Below, one piece after another: positions 7,860-17,072 of a DNA stretch of 64,000 bases. A program made the translations under genes and the position numbers. Below the pieces are notes generated by a model. The model was not told where the DNA came from and did no database searches. It worked only from the letters and a program-made list of their open reading frames with translations. The stretch spans positions 85,839-149,838 of the forward strand of contig CAZXTE010000001.1 of the NCBI GenBank assembly GCA_964643545.1, read 5' to 3'. Origin of the DNA: an uncultured Candidatus Saccharibacteria bacterium (GTDB taxonomy: Bacteria; Patescibacteriota; Saccharimonadia; Saccharimonadales; AWTP1-31). Position 1 is the stretch's first letter, and each line of letters begins with the position of its first letter.

Positions 7860-9401
7860 ATGAGCGAATCAGCTGCGGAGTTTTTTGTAGAGCACCAAAT
7901 GGGACGTGATTTGCGGATTCATGATCCTTCACTTGGGTATGCCTATACGATTGGCCAGGAGGGTGTAGACGCAGTTATGTACGACGTTTTCACGACGCCC
8001 GTTGCGTCCAGGTCGCTTGATGTTTGTCAGCTATCAAAAGATAAAAACGCAGATACGATTCCGGGGCTGGAGAAGTATAGGCGCTTTCAGAGCCAAACGG
8101 GTATTTACGAGACAGCGCGTTACTTTGGTGCCCGTGAGGGGATTTCACCCGATGAGTTATTGGCCTACAGCCTAGTCGCTACTTTGGATGATTTCGCACA
8201 CGGCGTAAAGTCGCACGCTACAGATATAATGGTCGAAGGAGTTGGTGGTCGCGAGACGTTTCATGAAACAAGGATTGCTCAGATTATCGCACACGGTGGT
8301 CTTCGGCAGGTTTTTGAAAAACACAATATTCGACTTACTCAAGTAACCGCAGCGCATCAAATCGCCAAGCAGCTTGGGATCCGTATCCCTAACTGGGTAG
8401 AGAACGACCAGGGAGAGCCAAATCTTGATCGAGTTAACTATATCGCCGGCGAGAGTCGCATATGGTTTCCTGATAATGAACTTGTACGGCAAGCAACCTC
8501 ACTAGATGCACTACACATCGATGAAGATGGGCGCTTTGTTTTTGACGATATAGAGCTTGCACGTGTCTGGGGTAAGCTTGGGCTTTTGCTAAGCTCTGAA
8601 CACTGGAACGATCCAGTCAATCGCCTCATTCTTCTCATTTCTGTAGAAACTATTAAAAGAACTATTTTCAAACGTTATCTTGAGGGTGTCGATGAGATCG
8701 ATAATGGGGATCAAGCTGCGCCCGAGGACTATACGTTTTTCTGTGACTCCGATTTTGATCAAGCCCTTGAGAGACAGGCGCTCGATAATCATCGCCAGGA
8801 TGGGTTTATGACTGCTTCATATCTTATGCTCCAGACCCTGGGTTTTACCGAACGACTTAGATTTACGACACACAAACATGGAGTATACGCTGACTTTATA
8901 GCTGATGAACACGCGCAAGAATATCCATCTCCGTATGTAAATCCTCACATTGCAAAGTTCGGGCCTCTCCCTGTATTTGTGGAGGTTGTGTCAGATGGAG
9001 CAGAAGCCGAAAACATCGGTCGAGTTGAGGGACGCGGGCGGTTGCTTACCACAGATGGTCAGCCTATAGGTTATTTAAAGAACTTTAAGATTCGCCAATT
9101 CGACCCATTGGTGACTGTTAATGGCGCTACAAAGCGCCTGAGTGAAGTCGATAGTAGCTATGCTGGTTTACTGCGCCAGCACAAACAGGCAATTGTATAC
9201 ACCCAGGCGATGCGACTACTAATGAACGAGGATGCAAAGGCCACGTTCTGCTCCGCTGTTCAAGAGAACGATCAGGCTATGGAACAGGCTCGTGCTGATT
9301 ATCGACCGCTCAGTCCAGATCAATTGCGTAAAGTAATTAGCGGGGCAGGCAACCGCGCTCTTGAGTTAGCGATACGTGAAGGAAGATGGCGCACCCTGTA
9401 G
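7860..9401 (+). CDS. hypothetical protein with a degenerate HD-domain / dNTP-triphosphohydrolase-like motif layout
   Basis: 513 aa. LVATLDDFAHGVKSHATD aligns by pattern to the LLHDIGHxPFSHxxE block. PNLDRVNYIAGESR aligns to the D-x-lDYl-RDs block of dGTPase/SAMHD1-like HD proteins, but the HD dyad reads DD. Confidence 0.6.
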   Translation: MSESAAEFFVEHQMGRDLRIHDPSLGYAYTIGQEGVDAVMYDVFTTPVASRSLDVCQLSKDKNADTIPGLEKYRRFQSQTGIYETARYFGAREGISPDELLAYSLVATLDDFAHGVKSHATDIMVEGVGGRETFHETRIAQIIAHGGLRQVFEKHNIRLTQVTAAHQIAKQLGIRIPNWVENDQGEPNLDRVNYIAGESRIWFPDNELVRQATSLDALHIDEDGRFVFDDIELARVWGKLGLLLSSEHWNDPVNRLILLISVETIKRTIFKRYLEGVDEIDNGDQAAPEDYTFFCDSDFDQALERQALDNHRQDGFMTASYLMLQTLGFTERLRFTTHKHGVYADFIADEHAQEYPSPYVNPHIAKFGPLPVFVEVVSDGAEAENIGRVEGRGRLLTTDGQPIGYLKNFKIRQFDPLVTVNGATKRLSEVDSSYAGLLRQHKQAIVYTQAMRLLMNEDAKATFCSAVQENDQAMEQARADYRPLSPDQLRKVISGAGNRALELAIREGRWRTL

Positions 9402-9457
9402 AGTACTTGTAAAATATTAAGTTTTGTACTATAGTATGAATGAACAAGGAGTGTTTT

Positions 9458-9898
9458 ATGGCGATGTGGCCTTTTAGTCGATTCAATCGAAGAACAAAAA
9501 CAGCGGCAAGTTTGCCTGCTGAAGTACAAGAGTACTATCAATCTGAACAGCGAGAACGTGTTGGCGTTGCGTGGCTGATAGCGCTTGTTTCGCTACTCGT
9601 ATCCACGGTCGTTATTATTAGCCTTTTCCTAGGTGGTCGTTGGGCATACCGCAAATTCGTTCAAAAACCAACGCCAAAAACGACTTCTAGCTCTGAAAAG
9701 AAGGAACAAAACCCTAAAGATACCGGTGACAATAGCAGCACACAAGGGGCGCAATCGGATAGCAATAGTACTCCGAACGACAACAGCCAGCCCGGTATAC
9801 CATCACCCCAGACAAGCTCTAGCAGTACTTCAACACCGCAGCCAGCCACAAACGGCCAGAATAGTCTGGTTCGTACTGGTCCCGACGAAGACCTCTAG
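9458..9898 (+). CDS. hypothetical single-pass membrane protein with Ser/Thr/Pro/Asn-rich tail
   Basis: ATG 9458 is preceded by AAGGAG. The TM segment is VAWLIALVSLLVSTVVIISLFLGG, followed by a low-complexity C-terminus. Confidence 0.6.
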   Translation: MAMWPFSRFNRRTKTAASLPAEVQEYYQSEQRERVGVAWLIALVSLLVSTVVIISLFLGGRWAYRKFVQKPTPKTTSSSEKKEQNPKDTGDNSSTQGAQSDSNSTPNDNSQPGIPSPQTSSSSTSTPQPATNGQNSLVRTGPDEDL

Positions 9899-9901
9899 GG
9901 T

Positions 9902-10435
9902 TTATTCGTTGTTCTTTGGCTGTTGCGTAAAGTAGTTAATTTCGTTTACTACGTCTAGAAGAGCTTGGGCACGAGCTTTTTCATCAGTAATCTGGTTCGC
10001 GGCATCGTATGCAGACTGAACAAGAGACTGATCGTCACTTGCTTGGATAAGCATCATAATTGTCCGGAATTTTTCCTCGGGCGTTTGGTCTAATTTCCCT
10101 AACAACGGCGAAAGGCTTTGAAGTGCTTGTTGTTTGAGGCTGAGAAGATCACTTGAGCCGGTGCTCGCAGGTGGCTCAGCAGTGGGCATTGTCGAGGTGA
10201 TATCTGGAGCTGTCTTATCGAGGGGTTGATCTGCTACCGATGGGACTTCGTCGACAGGACTTGTGTTATAGGGGGGCGCGTCCGCTGAAGGCGCAGTCAC
10301 ATCGGGCTCTGGTGCGACCGTGCTTGGCACAGGACTCACTGGGTCTGTCCCAAGAACCCCGCCAGTCATGGTTGGGTCTACTGGTTGAGCTGTTGTATCT
10401 TGCACTGGTTGTGCTTGTGTTGTGTCGTCTAACAT
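9902..10435 (-). CDS. hypothetical protein, Pro/Thr-rich N-terminal half with a helical C-terminal domain
   Basis: Start chosen at ATG 10435 (MLDDTTQAQPVQ...). No family recognised. Confidence 0.5.
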   Translation of the reverse strand: MLDDTTQAQPVQDTTAQPVDPTMTGGVLGTDPVSPVPSTVAPEPDVTAPSADAPPYNTSPVDEVPSVADQPLDKTAPDITSTMPTAEPPASTGSSDLLSLKQQALQSLSPLLGKLDQTPEEKFRTIMMLIQASDDQSLVQSAYDAANQITDEKARAQALLDVVNEINYFTQQPKNNE

Positions 10436-10527
10436 TCCACCCCCGAAGTTGTATCTAGTATTATACTTGATAGTATATAGCAAGAACTGTAAAAGCAATA
10501 CCGTTTTACGGTGCTATAGTAGAACCT

Positions 10528-11046
10528 ATGCACGCATTTTGCTATGTCTGTGGGACCGAAACTACAGACCGCGATGAGAGAAGCTGGTACTGCAGCACCT
10601 GCCAGCAGCGATACTACGACAGCCCACGACCCGCCACCGACATTGTATTTTTTGACGAACATAACCGGGTGCTTTTGGCGAAGCGAGCACTGGATCCTGC
10701 AAAGGGTACCTGGGACACCATTGGTGGTTTTATAGAGAATCGGGAGACTACGCAGGACGCCCTCGTTAGAGAAATTAAGGAGGAAGTTGGCTTACAACCA
10801 GGAGACTACTCTGAACCCCTCTTCAATGCCGAGTATCTTGCTGAGTACCCCTGGGGAAAAGTAACGTATGACGTACTCGTTCTCAATTATGTGGCCCGCA
10901 TAAAGCCCGGGGTTACCTGTAGGCCAGCTGATGATGTAGCGGAGGTGGCCTTTTTTAATCTGCAAGACATTGATGAGCTCGAATTTGGATTTCCAAAACA
11001 CAAAAAAATTATTACTCGCGCCGCAAAAAAATTAGGCATAAGCTAG
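10528..11046 (+). CDS. NUDIX hydrolase with N-terminal zinc ribbon
   Basis: CYVCG...CSTCQ zinc ribbon; Nudix box GGFIENRETTQDALVREIKEEVGL. Confidence 0.85.
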   Translation: MHAFCYVCGTETTDRDERSWYCSTCQQRYYDSPRPATDIVFFDEHNRVLLAKRALDPAKGTWDTIGGFIENRETTQDALVREIKEEVGLQPGDYSEPLFNAEYLAEYPWGKVTYDVLVLNYVARIKPGVTCRPADDVAEVAFFNLQDIDELEFGFPKHKKIITRAAKKLGIS

Positions 11047-11084
11047 GTTATACTAAGAGCGCATAGTAACTGGAGGGTAAGATC

Positions 11085-12113
11085 TTGCTTGATGACTTAA
11101 AATTTATTCACGAAAAAGATCCACAAGATGCGCTGGGTGTAGTTGAGAAACAATGGCAACAGCTTGAACACCAATTTGATGTAACATTTGCGCCGTCAAA
11201 CGAAATTCGTAACGTCGTTCTGGCAGGCATGGGAGGCTCGGCATTGCCAGGTGTCTTTTTTTCGTCTTGGCCCGGCATGAATGTCCCATTTGAGATCGTT
11301 AGAAATTACGAATTACCCAATTATGTAGACAAGAACACACTTGTCATCGCATCGAGTTACTCAGGTAATACGGAAGAATCTCTTTCTGCACTGGCAGTAG
11401 CTGAGACAAAAGGCGCACAGATAGTTGTTATTGCCGCTGGTGGCCAGCTTTTAGACCATGCACATCAGAAGAGCTATCCATTATTTCAAATTCCAGGTGG
11501 CGTACAGCCAAGAATGACGTCATTCTACTTTCTTGTTGCACTAATACAGCTGTTTGAGTCGCTTAAACTTATTGCCGCTGGCTGCCTGTCTGACCTAAAA
11601 ACGACCAGTCCCTGGCTAAAAGAAGAGATACAAGCGTGGACAGCTGAAGTGCCAGCCAGCAAGAATCCTGCAAAGCAACTAGCGCAGGAGTTGATGGGAA
11701 AAACAGCCATTATATATAGCGGTCCTAAGCTTTTTCCGGCAGCAAACAAGTTTAAAATCTGTATTAATGAAAATGCCAAAAACCTCGCATGGGCGAATCA
11801 GTATCCTGAGTTTAGCCACAATGAGTTTATTGGTTGGAGCAGCCACCCAATCCAGAAGCCATACGCAGTCGTGGAAATTCGTTCCAATCTGGAACACCCA
11901 CGTGTACAAAAACGCTTTGAGCTGTCTGAACGATTGCTTTCGGGCAAGAGACCAGCCTCCAACGTCATTGTTCCAAAAGGTGAGACGTTAATACAGCAGC
12001 TGTTGTGGACCGCTGTTCATGACGATTTTGTCAGTATTTACCTCGCACTACTTAACGGCGTTAACCCAACACCAGTTGAGCTGGTAGAGAAGCTCAAAAA
12101 AGAACTTGGTTAG
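11085..12113 (+). CDS. bifunctional phosphoglucose/phosphomannose isomerase (SIS domain)
   Basis: TTG start with GGAGGG 7 nt upstream. GMGGSALPG, SYSGNTEE, and a C-terminal PGI/PMI-type domain. Confidence 0.8.
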   Translation: MLDDLKFIHEKDPQDALGVVEKQWQQLEHQFDVTFAPSNEIRNVVLAGMGGSALPGVFFSSWPGMNVPFEIVRNYELPNYVDKNTLVIASSYSGNTEESLSALAVAETKGAQIVVIAAGGQLLDHAHQKSYPLFQIPGGVQPRMTSFYFLVALIQLFESLKLIAAGCLSDLKTTSPWLKEEIQAWTAEVPASKNPAKQLAQELMGKTAIIYSGPKLFPAANKFKICINENAKNLAWANQYPEFSHNEFIGWSSHPIQKPYAVVEIRSNLEHPRVQKRFELSERLLSGKRPASNVIVPKGETLIQQLLWTAVHDDFVSIYLALLNGVNPTPVELVEKLKKELG

Positions 12114-12114
12114 A

Positions 12115-12645
12115 CTAGATGGGTTTGTTTTTTAGGTGTAGTTTGTAGCCTATGTAGGAGGTTGCTAGGTGCAAGCCAAAGTAGATCAGAAAAATGTATA
12201 CATAGTCGAGCAATGGTAGGCGAACAAATAACAGGCTGGCAACTAAGCCGCCGACAATGTAGTCAGACTGGTCAAACGGAAACCAGCTTTCACCAGACTT
12301 TATGCCCATTTGTCGTTTGAAGAAGCTCTCTATAGCGTCACCAGAAAGAGCGCCAAAACCCATGCTTGCACCCACAACTGCATATGATGCAAGGGTGTCG
12401 GCTGACGAGATTTGAAAGAGAATATACGCTTCGAAGCAGGCAACAACGCCACCTATAAATGTCCCAAATACCAGCCCGCGCCACGTTTTATTATCGCCGG
12501 ATATTCTTTTCCCTTTGATTTTTTTGCCGAAGTCCATAGGCGTCTTCCATCGGTTTAGGTAGGGGATTTTGTTAGCGAAAACAGGTGCCATGTTAGCAAG
12601 GCCGGCAGGTAAAAAGAACAAAAATAACCAGAAGACACCAGCCAT
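12115..12645 (-). CDS. CDP-archaeol synthase (CarS/DUF46) family CTP-transferase-like membrane protein
   Basis: 176 aa, polytopic. LPAGLANMAPVF...PMDFGKKIKGKRISGDNKTWRGLVFG closely matches the archaeal CarS signature PIDFGK...G-x-RILGDGKTWRG. Confidence 0.8.
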   Translation of the reverse strand: MAGVFWLFLFFLPAGLANMAPVFANKIPYLNRWKTPMDFGKKIKGKRISGDNKTWRGLVFGTFIGGVVACFEAYILFQISSADTLASYAVVGASMGFGALSGDAIESFFKRQMGIKSGESWFPFDQSDYIVGGLVASLLFVRLPLLDYVYIFLIYFGLHLATSYIGYKLHLKNKPI

Positions 12646-12646
12646 A

Positions 12647-13294
12647 TTATCTCGCTAACTTCTTTCTAATACGATGATATTTTGGATATAGAAGACTGTG
12701 GTAAGGAGGTCGCTCCACTGCAAGATGAGCGGTTCCCAACTGCTCTAAAAGGTTTTTTGCCGTCGGTGCTTTTTGTATGTTGGTGTAGCTCGTGCCCAAG
12801 CCTCGCTTGCCGTGGGCATCACTGCTGGCAGCAACATGCTTGTCTGCCAGCCTTGCCCATGTAGTCGCCTCTGGGCCGCGATTTTGGAAGAGAGCACGGG
12901 CATTGTGGATTTCGACTATATCAACTTCTTTGATAAGCAGGTCCATGACCTCGCGGCTAAGCCCTTTGCGCACGGTCTCGAAAGGGTGGGGTATGTAAAC
13001 CAATCCGCCCTGATCTGTTATAGCACGCGCTGTTGCCAGTGCTGTCATGCCTGGCTTTACAACCTCGGTTAGGAACAGTCCAATCAACTCACCCTGATTA
13101 CTCATGATTTCTTCACCAATAATAATATGATCACCTAGCGAAGCATGCAGGTTACGCGCAACTTCTATGGTGTTGTGATCGGTGATCGCAATATAGTCCA
13201 GGACCCCATTTTCAAGAATTTCCATGTACTCTTCTGGTTTAATGCCACCATCGTGCGATGCAATCGAATGTGTGTGTAGGTCTAGCTTGATCAT
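12647..13294 (-). CDS. PHP-domain metal-dependent phosphoesterase
   Basis: MIKLDLHTHSIASHDGG..., ITDHN and the histidine/aspartate pattern of PHP phosphatases. 4-nt overlap with the upstream gene. Confidence 0.85.
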   Translation of the reverse strand: MIKLDLHTHSIASHDGGIKPEEYMEILENGVLDYIAITDHNTIEVARNLHASLGDHIIIGEEIMSNQGELIGLFLTEVVKPGMTALATARAITDQGGLVYIPHPFETVRKGLSREVMDLLIKEVDIVEIHNARALFQNRGPEATTWARLADKHVAASSDAHGKRGLGTSYTNIQKAPTAKNLLEQLGTAHLAVERPPYHSLLYPKYHRIRKKLAR

Positions 13295-13920
13295 AGCTTT
13301 TTCATAATTGCTCTTAAGCGACTCACTGCAGTGATACTTGCAAGGATGGCTATAGCAACAACTGCAAATCGAAGGTGGTTGGTGAGTAAGCCCACCACGA
13401 GAAAGAACATCCTTACCTCAAAGCGCATCAGCCCATCCTGGAATAAACGGTTGACTTGGTTGGCAGTGAGTTCCCCGCCGGCAACAGCAGTTTCTCCCTT
13501 GGCTTTTACGTAACTAACCACCAGTGATGCGCCGCATGCAGTCACCGCCCAAACGGCCCAGTAGGAATAGCCGCTTGCAATAAGCGCGTAGGCTGCACCG
13601 CTGTAGAGCATAACTTCCTTCATGCGATCAGTTGATGCATCGAGCAGCATGCCACTGTTACTTGCTTTGTTCTGCAAGCGTGCAAGTGAACCGTCGAGCG
13701 CATCAAATAAACCAAAGATCACTAGTAAGACTGCTGCACGGATGTTATGCCTGGTCGCGATCAGCCACGCAATAGGAATGTGGGCGAATAAACCAAAAAG
13801 TGTAATGCTGTTCGGCGATATTCTACCGCCTGAGAGCTTGTGTATCAGCTGGGCAAGCCGGTTCATGTATCGTCGAACCGTATCTCGGACTATATCGAGT
13901 AATCGACTGGCGTAAATCAT
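13291..13920 (-). CDS. CDP-alcohol phosphatidyltransferase
   Basis: Perfect D-x2-D-G-x2-A-R-x8-G-x3-D-x3-D motif: DALDGSLARLQNKASNSGMLLDASTD. Multiple TM segments. Confidence 0.9.
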   Translation of the reverse strand: MIYASRLLDIVRDTVRRYMNRLAQLIHKLSGGRISPNSITLFGLFAHIPIAWLIATRHNIRAAVLLVIFGLFDALDGSLARLQNKASNSGMLLDASTDRMKEVMLYSGAAYALIASGYSYWAVWAVTACGASLVVSYVKAKGETAVAGGELTANQVNRLFQDGLMRFEVRMFFLVVGLLTNHLRFAVVAIAILASITAVSRLRAIMKKL

Positions 13921-13961
13921 TGATCGTATTATACCGTACGACTAACAGGTATAATAGGCAC

Positions 13962-14630
13962 ATGACTACAGAAGCGAGTAGGTCCTTGCGAGCAGTGACA
14001 GTAATGAGTGTTGCTGCAGTCGGTATGTATTTTGTGCGGAGTGTGGTTTTTAGCAGCAATGAATACTGGTACTTAAACTGGAATTTAGTTTTGGCTTGGA
14101 TGCCGTTGCTTTTTGCCTGGCTACTCGTTACATATACGCACAAAAATCCCTGGGTGAGCTGGAAGGGAATTGGGCTAACGGTGCTGTGGCTTGGTTTCCT
14201 CCCCAATAGCTTCTATATTGCAACAGATCTTATTCATCTACAGTCATCCTTGGATAAAACCTTATTGTTTGATGTAGTCCTTCTGCTCCTTTTTACACTG
14301 TCTGGTTTCGTGCTCGGCTACTTGAGTGTTTTCCTGGTGCATACATTGTTGCTTAAGCGAATGGGCAAAACTGCCGCCGCGCAAGTTATCGGGGCTATTT
14401 TTGGGCTTTGTAGCTTCGCTATATATCTCGGCAGATTTCTAAGATGGAATACCTGGGATGTGATTACAAACCCAGCGGGCCTCATAGTAGATATATCCGA
14501 CCGAATCATTAACCCCGTAGCACACGAGCAGACTTTTTGGGTGACGATACTGCTGTTTACGCTACTGGGAACAATCTATTTTGTTATCTGGCAGTTTATC
14601 GATGCTCTACGTTCAACGCGCACTCGCTAA
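13962..14630 (+). CDS. DUF1361-like polytopic membrane protein
   Basis: Start chosen at ATG 13962. NWNLVLAWMPLLFAW, LPNSFYIATDLIHL and GRFLRWNTWDV resemble DUF1361. Confidence 0.7.
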   Translation: MTTEASRSLRAVTVMSVAAVGMYFVRSVVFSSNEYWYLNWNLVLAWMPLLFAWLLVTYTHKNPWVSWKGIGLTVLWLGFLPNSFYIATDLIHLQSSLDKTLLFDVVLLLLFTLSGFVLGYLSVFLVHTLLLKRMGKTAAAQVIGAIFGLCSFAIYLGRFLRWNTWDVITNPAGLIVDISDRIINPVAHEQTFWVTILLFTLLGTIYFVIWQFIDALRSTRTR

Positions 14631-14649
14631 TCTGTTATAATCTGTAAAG

Positions 14650-16323
14650 ATGAAAGATGTACAAGCGGCTATCGAGGCCAGCGTTTCGACGTTGTATTCT
14701 ATCGAATCAAAGGTGGAATTAACGAGGCCAGACCCCCAGTTTGGTGATTATGCAACCAATGTTGCTTTGCAGCTTGCAAAAAAATTGGGCAAGAATCCTA
14801 GAGAGATTGCTGAAGCAATTTGCGAAGGGGTACTGCGAGACGATGGTGCTCTGTTCCGCACCGTTGAGGTAGCAGGCCCTGGGTTTATCAATTTGTGGCT
14901 AAAAGATGAAGTTATTATTGGGCAATTATCTAATGCCACTGACATTCATCGCTCGCTTACGAACAAGAGGGTAGTTGTAGAATATTCTGACCCAAACCCG
15001 TTTAAGGTACTTCATGCAGGCCACCTATATACCAGTGTCGTGGGTGATGCCGTAGCTAACTTGCTAGAAGTCGCTGGGGCAACTGTCTATCGTGTTAATT
15101 TCGGCGGTGATGTGGGGTTGCATGTTGGAAAAACCATGTGGGCAGTGTTACATAAGCTTGGCGACGAAAAGCTAGAAGCACTACAAGCGATTCCAGAAGA
15201 AAACTTTGTAAGCTGGATGAGCGATGCCTATGTACAGGGAACTGCAGCATACGAAGATGATGAGCATGCCAAACAAGAGATTATTGACCTAAATAAGCGC
15301 ATCTACGAGATGCATATGCAAAACGATCAGACATCGAGTTTAGCAAAAATATATTGGTACTGTCGGAGTTGGTTCTACGATGTCTACTTTAAAACTTTCT
15401 ACGATACGATAGGTACGCGCTTCGATAAGTACTATCCGGAAAGTGTTGTAGCAGAACTTGGTAGAGAGACGGTTAAAAAACACATTGCACCGGGTATGTT
15501 TGAAAAGTCAGACGGCGCAATTGTTTTTAGGGGAGAGCCCTACGGTCTACACACACGGGTCTTTATTAACAAACAGGGGCTACCAACGTACGAAGCCAAA
15601 GACGTCGGGCTGATTTTTACTAAGAAAAAAGACTTTGATTTTGACCTGTCGGTTGTTATTACTGGAAACGAGCAAGAGCAGTACATGGCAGTTGTTTTAA
15701 AGGCGCTTGAACAGTTTGCGCCAGAACTTACGCGCGCAACAAAACATCTAACACACGGCATTGTTAAATTGCAGGGTGGACAGAAAATGAGTAGCCGGAA
15801 AGGCAACATTCTTCGCGCAGTGGATGTATTAGAGGCAGCCAGCCAAGCCAATAAAATTGCTACTGGGAAAACGGACATGAATGTAGAATTGGGCGCAGTT
15901 AAGTACGCATTCTTAAAAGTACGAACCGGCGGCGACATTATTTATAACCCAGAAGAATCTGTGAGCCTAGAGGGGAACAGCGGGCCATATTTGCAATATG
16001 CTCATGCACGAGCAAAAAGCATTCTTGCCAAAGCTAGCGTGCCCAAAGGTGAGCTAGCGAGTCTTGAATCAAGCGAAAGATTGCTTGCCGTAAAGTTATT
16101 GGAATATGGTGACGTTATTGCTCGTGCAGTTGAAGAGTTAATGCCGCACCTGGTGTGCACGTATTTGTACGAGCTTGCACAAGAGTTTAATCGCTTTTAC
16201 GAGCATAATAGAGTTATCGATGACCCGCGCCAATCGGAACGACTTGGCCTCGTCGCGTGTTATGCGGACGTTTTGAATAAGGGTCTTATGTTGCTTGGTA
16301 TTCATGCCCCAGATAGTATGTAA
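14650..16323 (+). CDS. argS: arginyl-tRNA synthetase
   Basis: 557 aa. NPFKVLHAGHLYTSVVGDA (HIGH), KMSSRKG (KMSKS-like) and a C-terminal DALR-type anticodon-binding region. Confidence 0.95.
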   Translation: MKDVQAAIEASVSTLYSIESKVELTRPDPQFGDYATNVALQLAKKLGKNPREIAEAICEGVLRDDGALFRTVEVAGPGFINLWLKDEVIIGQLSNATDIHRSLTNKRVVVEYSDPNPFKVLHAGHLYTSVVGDAVANLLEVAGATVYRVNFGGDVGLHVGKTMWAVLHKLGDEKLEALQAIPEENFVSWMSDAYVQGTAAYEDDEHAKQEIIDLNKRIYEMHMQNDQTSSLAKIYWYCRSWFYDVYFKTFYDTIGTRFDKYYPESVVAELGRETVKKHIAPGMFEKSDGAIVFRGEPYGLHTRVFINKQGLPTYEAKDVGLIFTKKKDFDFDLSVVITGNEQEQYMAVVLKALEQFAPELTRATKHLTHGIVKLQGGQKMSSRKGNILRAVDVLEAASQANKIATGKTDMNVELGAVKYAFLKVRTGGDIIYNPEESVSLEGNSGPYLQYAHARAKSILAKASVPKGELASLESSERLLAVKLLEYGDVIARAVEELMPHLVCTYLYELAQEFNRFYEHNRVIDDPRQSERLGLVACYADVLNKGLMLLGIHAPDSM

Positions 16324-16325
16324 AT

Positions 16326-17057
16326 ATGCCGGTGAACGCAAAGCTAGTAGAAGAGGTTCGGCAGGGCTTAAGAAACGAGTCTGATGCAACTAAGGCGTCC
16401 TTTCTACCGCGTTTTTTTAAGTCAGACGGAAACAACAAAGATATTTTCCTAGGAGTCACCGTGCCTAAGCAGCGTGCAATTACAAGGAAATACTTCAAAC
16501 TTCTGACTCCCAAAGATGTCGTTATGCTACTACATTCCGAGATTCACGAAGAGCGACTAACCGCGCTCATGACTTGGGTGCTGCAGTTTAGGGCTGGTGA
16601 TGATGCCATCAAGCAAGGAATATATGAGCTGTATTTAGCGAACACAGACTGGGTAAATAATTGGGACCTAGTTGATTCTTCGGCAAGCTACATTGTCGGT
16701 AGTTATATTTATGATAAAGACCGCTCAATCCTGACAAAACTATCACACAGCGAGAACGTATGGGAGCGGCGTATTGCCATGCTGGCAGCAGGTGAATTCA
16801 TTCGTTATGGCGAATACGAATGGGTGCTGAAATTAGCCAAACAATATATGAATGACACACATCACTATATCCATAAAGCAACTGGCTGGATGTTGCGCGA
16901 GGTTGGTAAGCGTGACGAACAGCTGCTCAGGAGCTTCTTAGATACGTATGCATCCACAATGCCTAGGATCGAGCTTCGTTATGCAATTGAAAAGTTTAAC
17001 GCGCAAGACAGGGCGCATTACCTACTGTTAAAAAACAAGACGAACCAAAACAAATAG
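16326..17057 (+). CDS. DNA alkylation repair protein (AlkD-like HEAT repeat)
   Basis: VNNWDLVDSSASYIVG, WERRIAML and GWMLREVGKRD are typical of the AlkD/AlkC-like family. Confidence 0.8.
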   Translation: MPVNAKLVEEVRQGLRNESDATKASFLPRFFKSDGNNKDIFLGVTVPKQRAITRKYFKLLTPKDVVMLLHSEIHEERLTALMTWVLQFRAGDDAIKQGIYELYLANTDWVNNWDLVDSSASYIVGSYIYDKDRSILTKLSHSENVWERRIAMLAAGEFIRYGEYEWVLKLAKQYMNDTHHYIHKATGWMLREVGKRDEQLLRSFLDTYASTMPRIELRYAIEKFNAQDRAHYLLLKNKTNQNK

Positions 17058-17072
17058 GGCATAATTACGACA

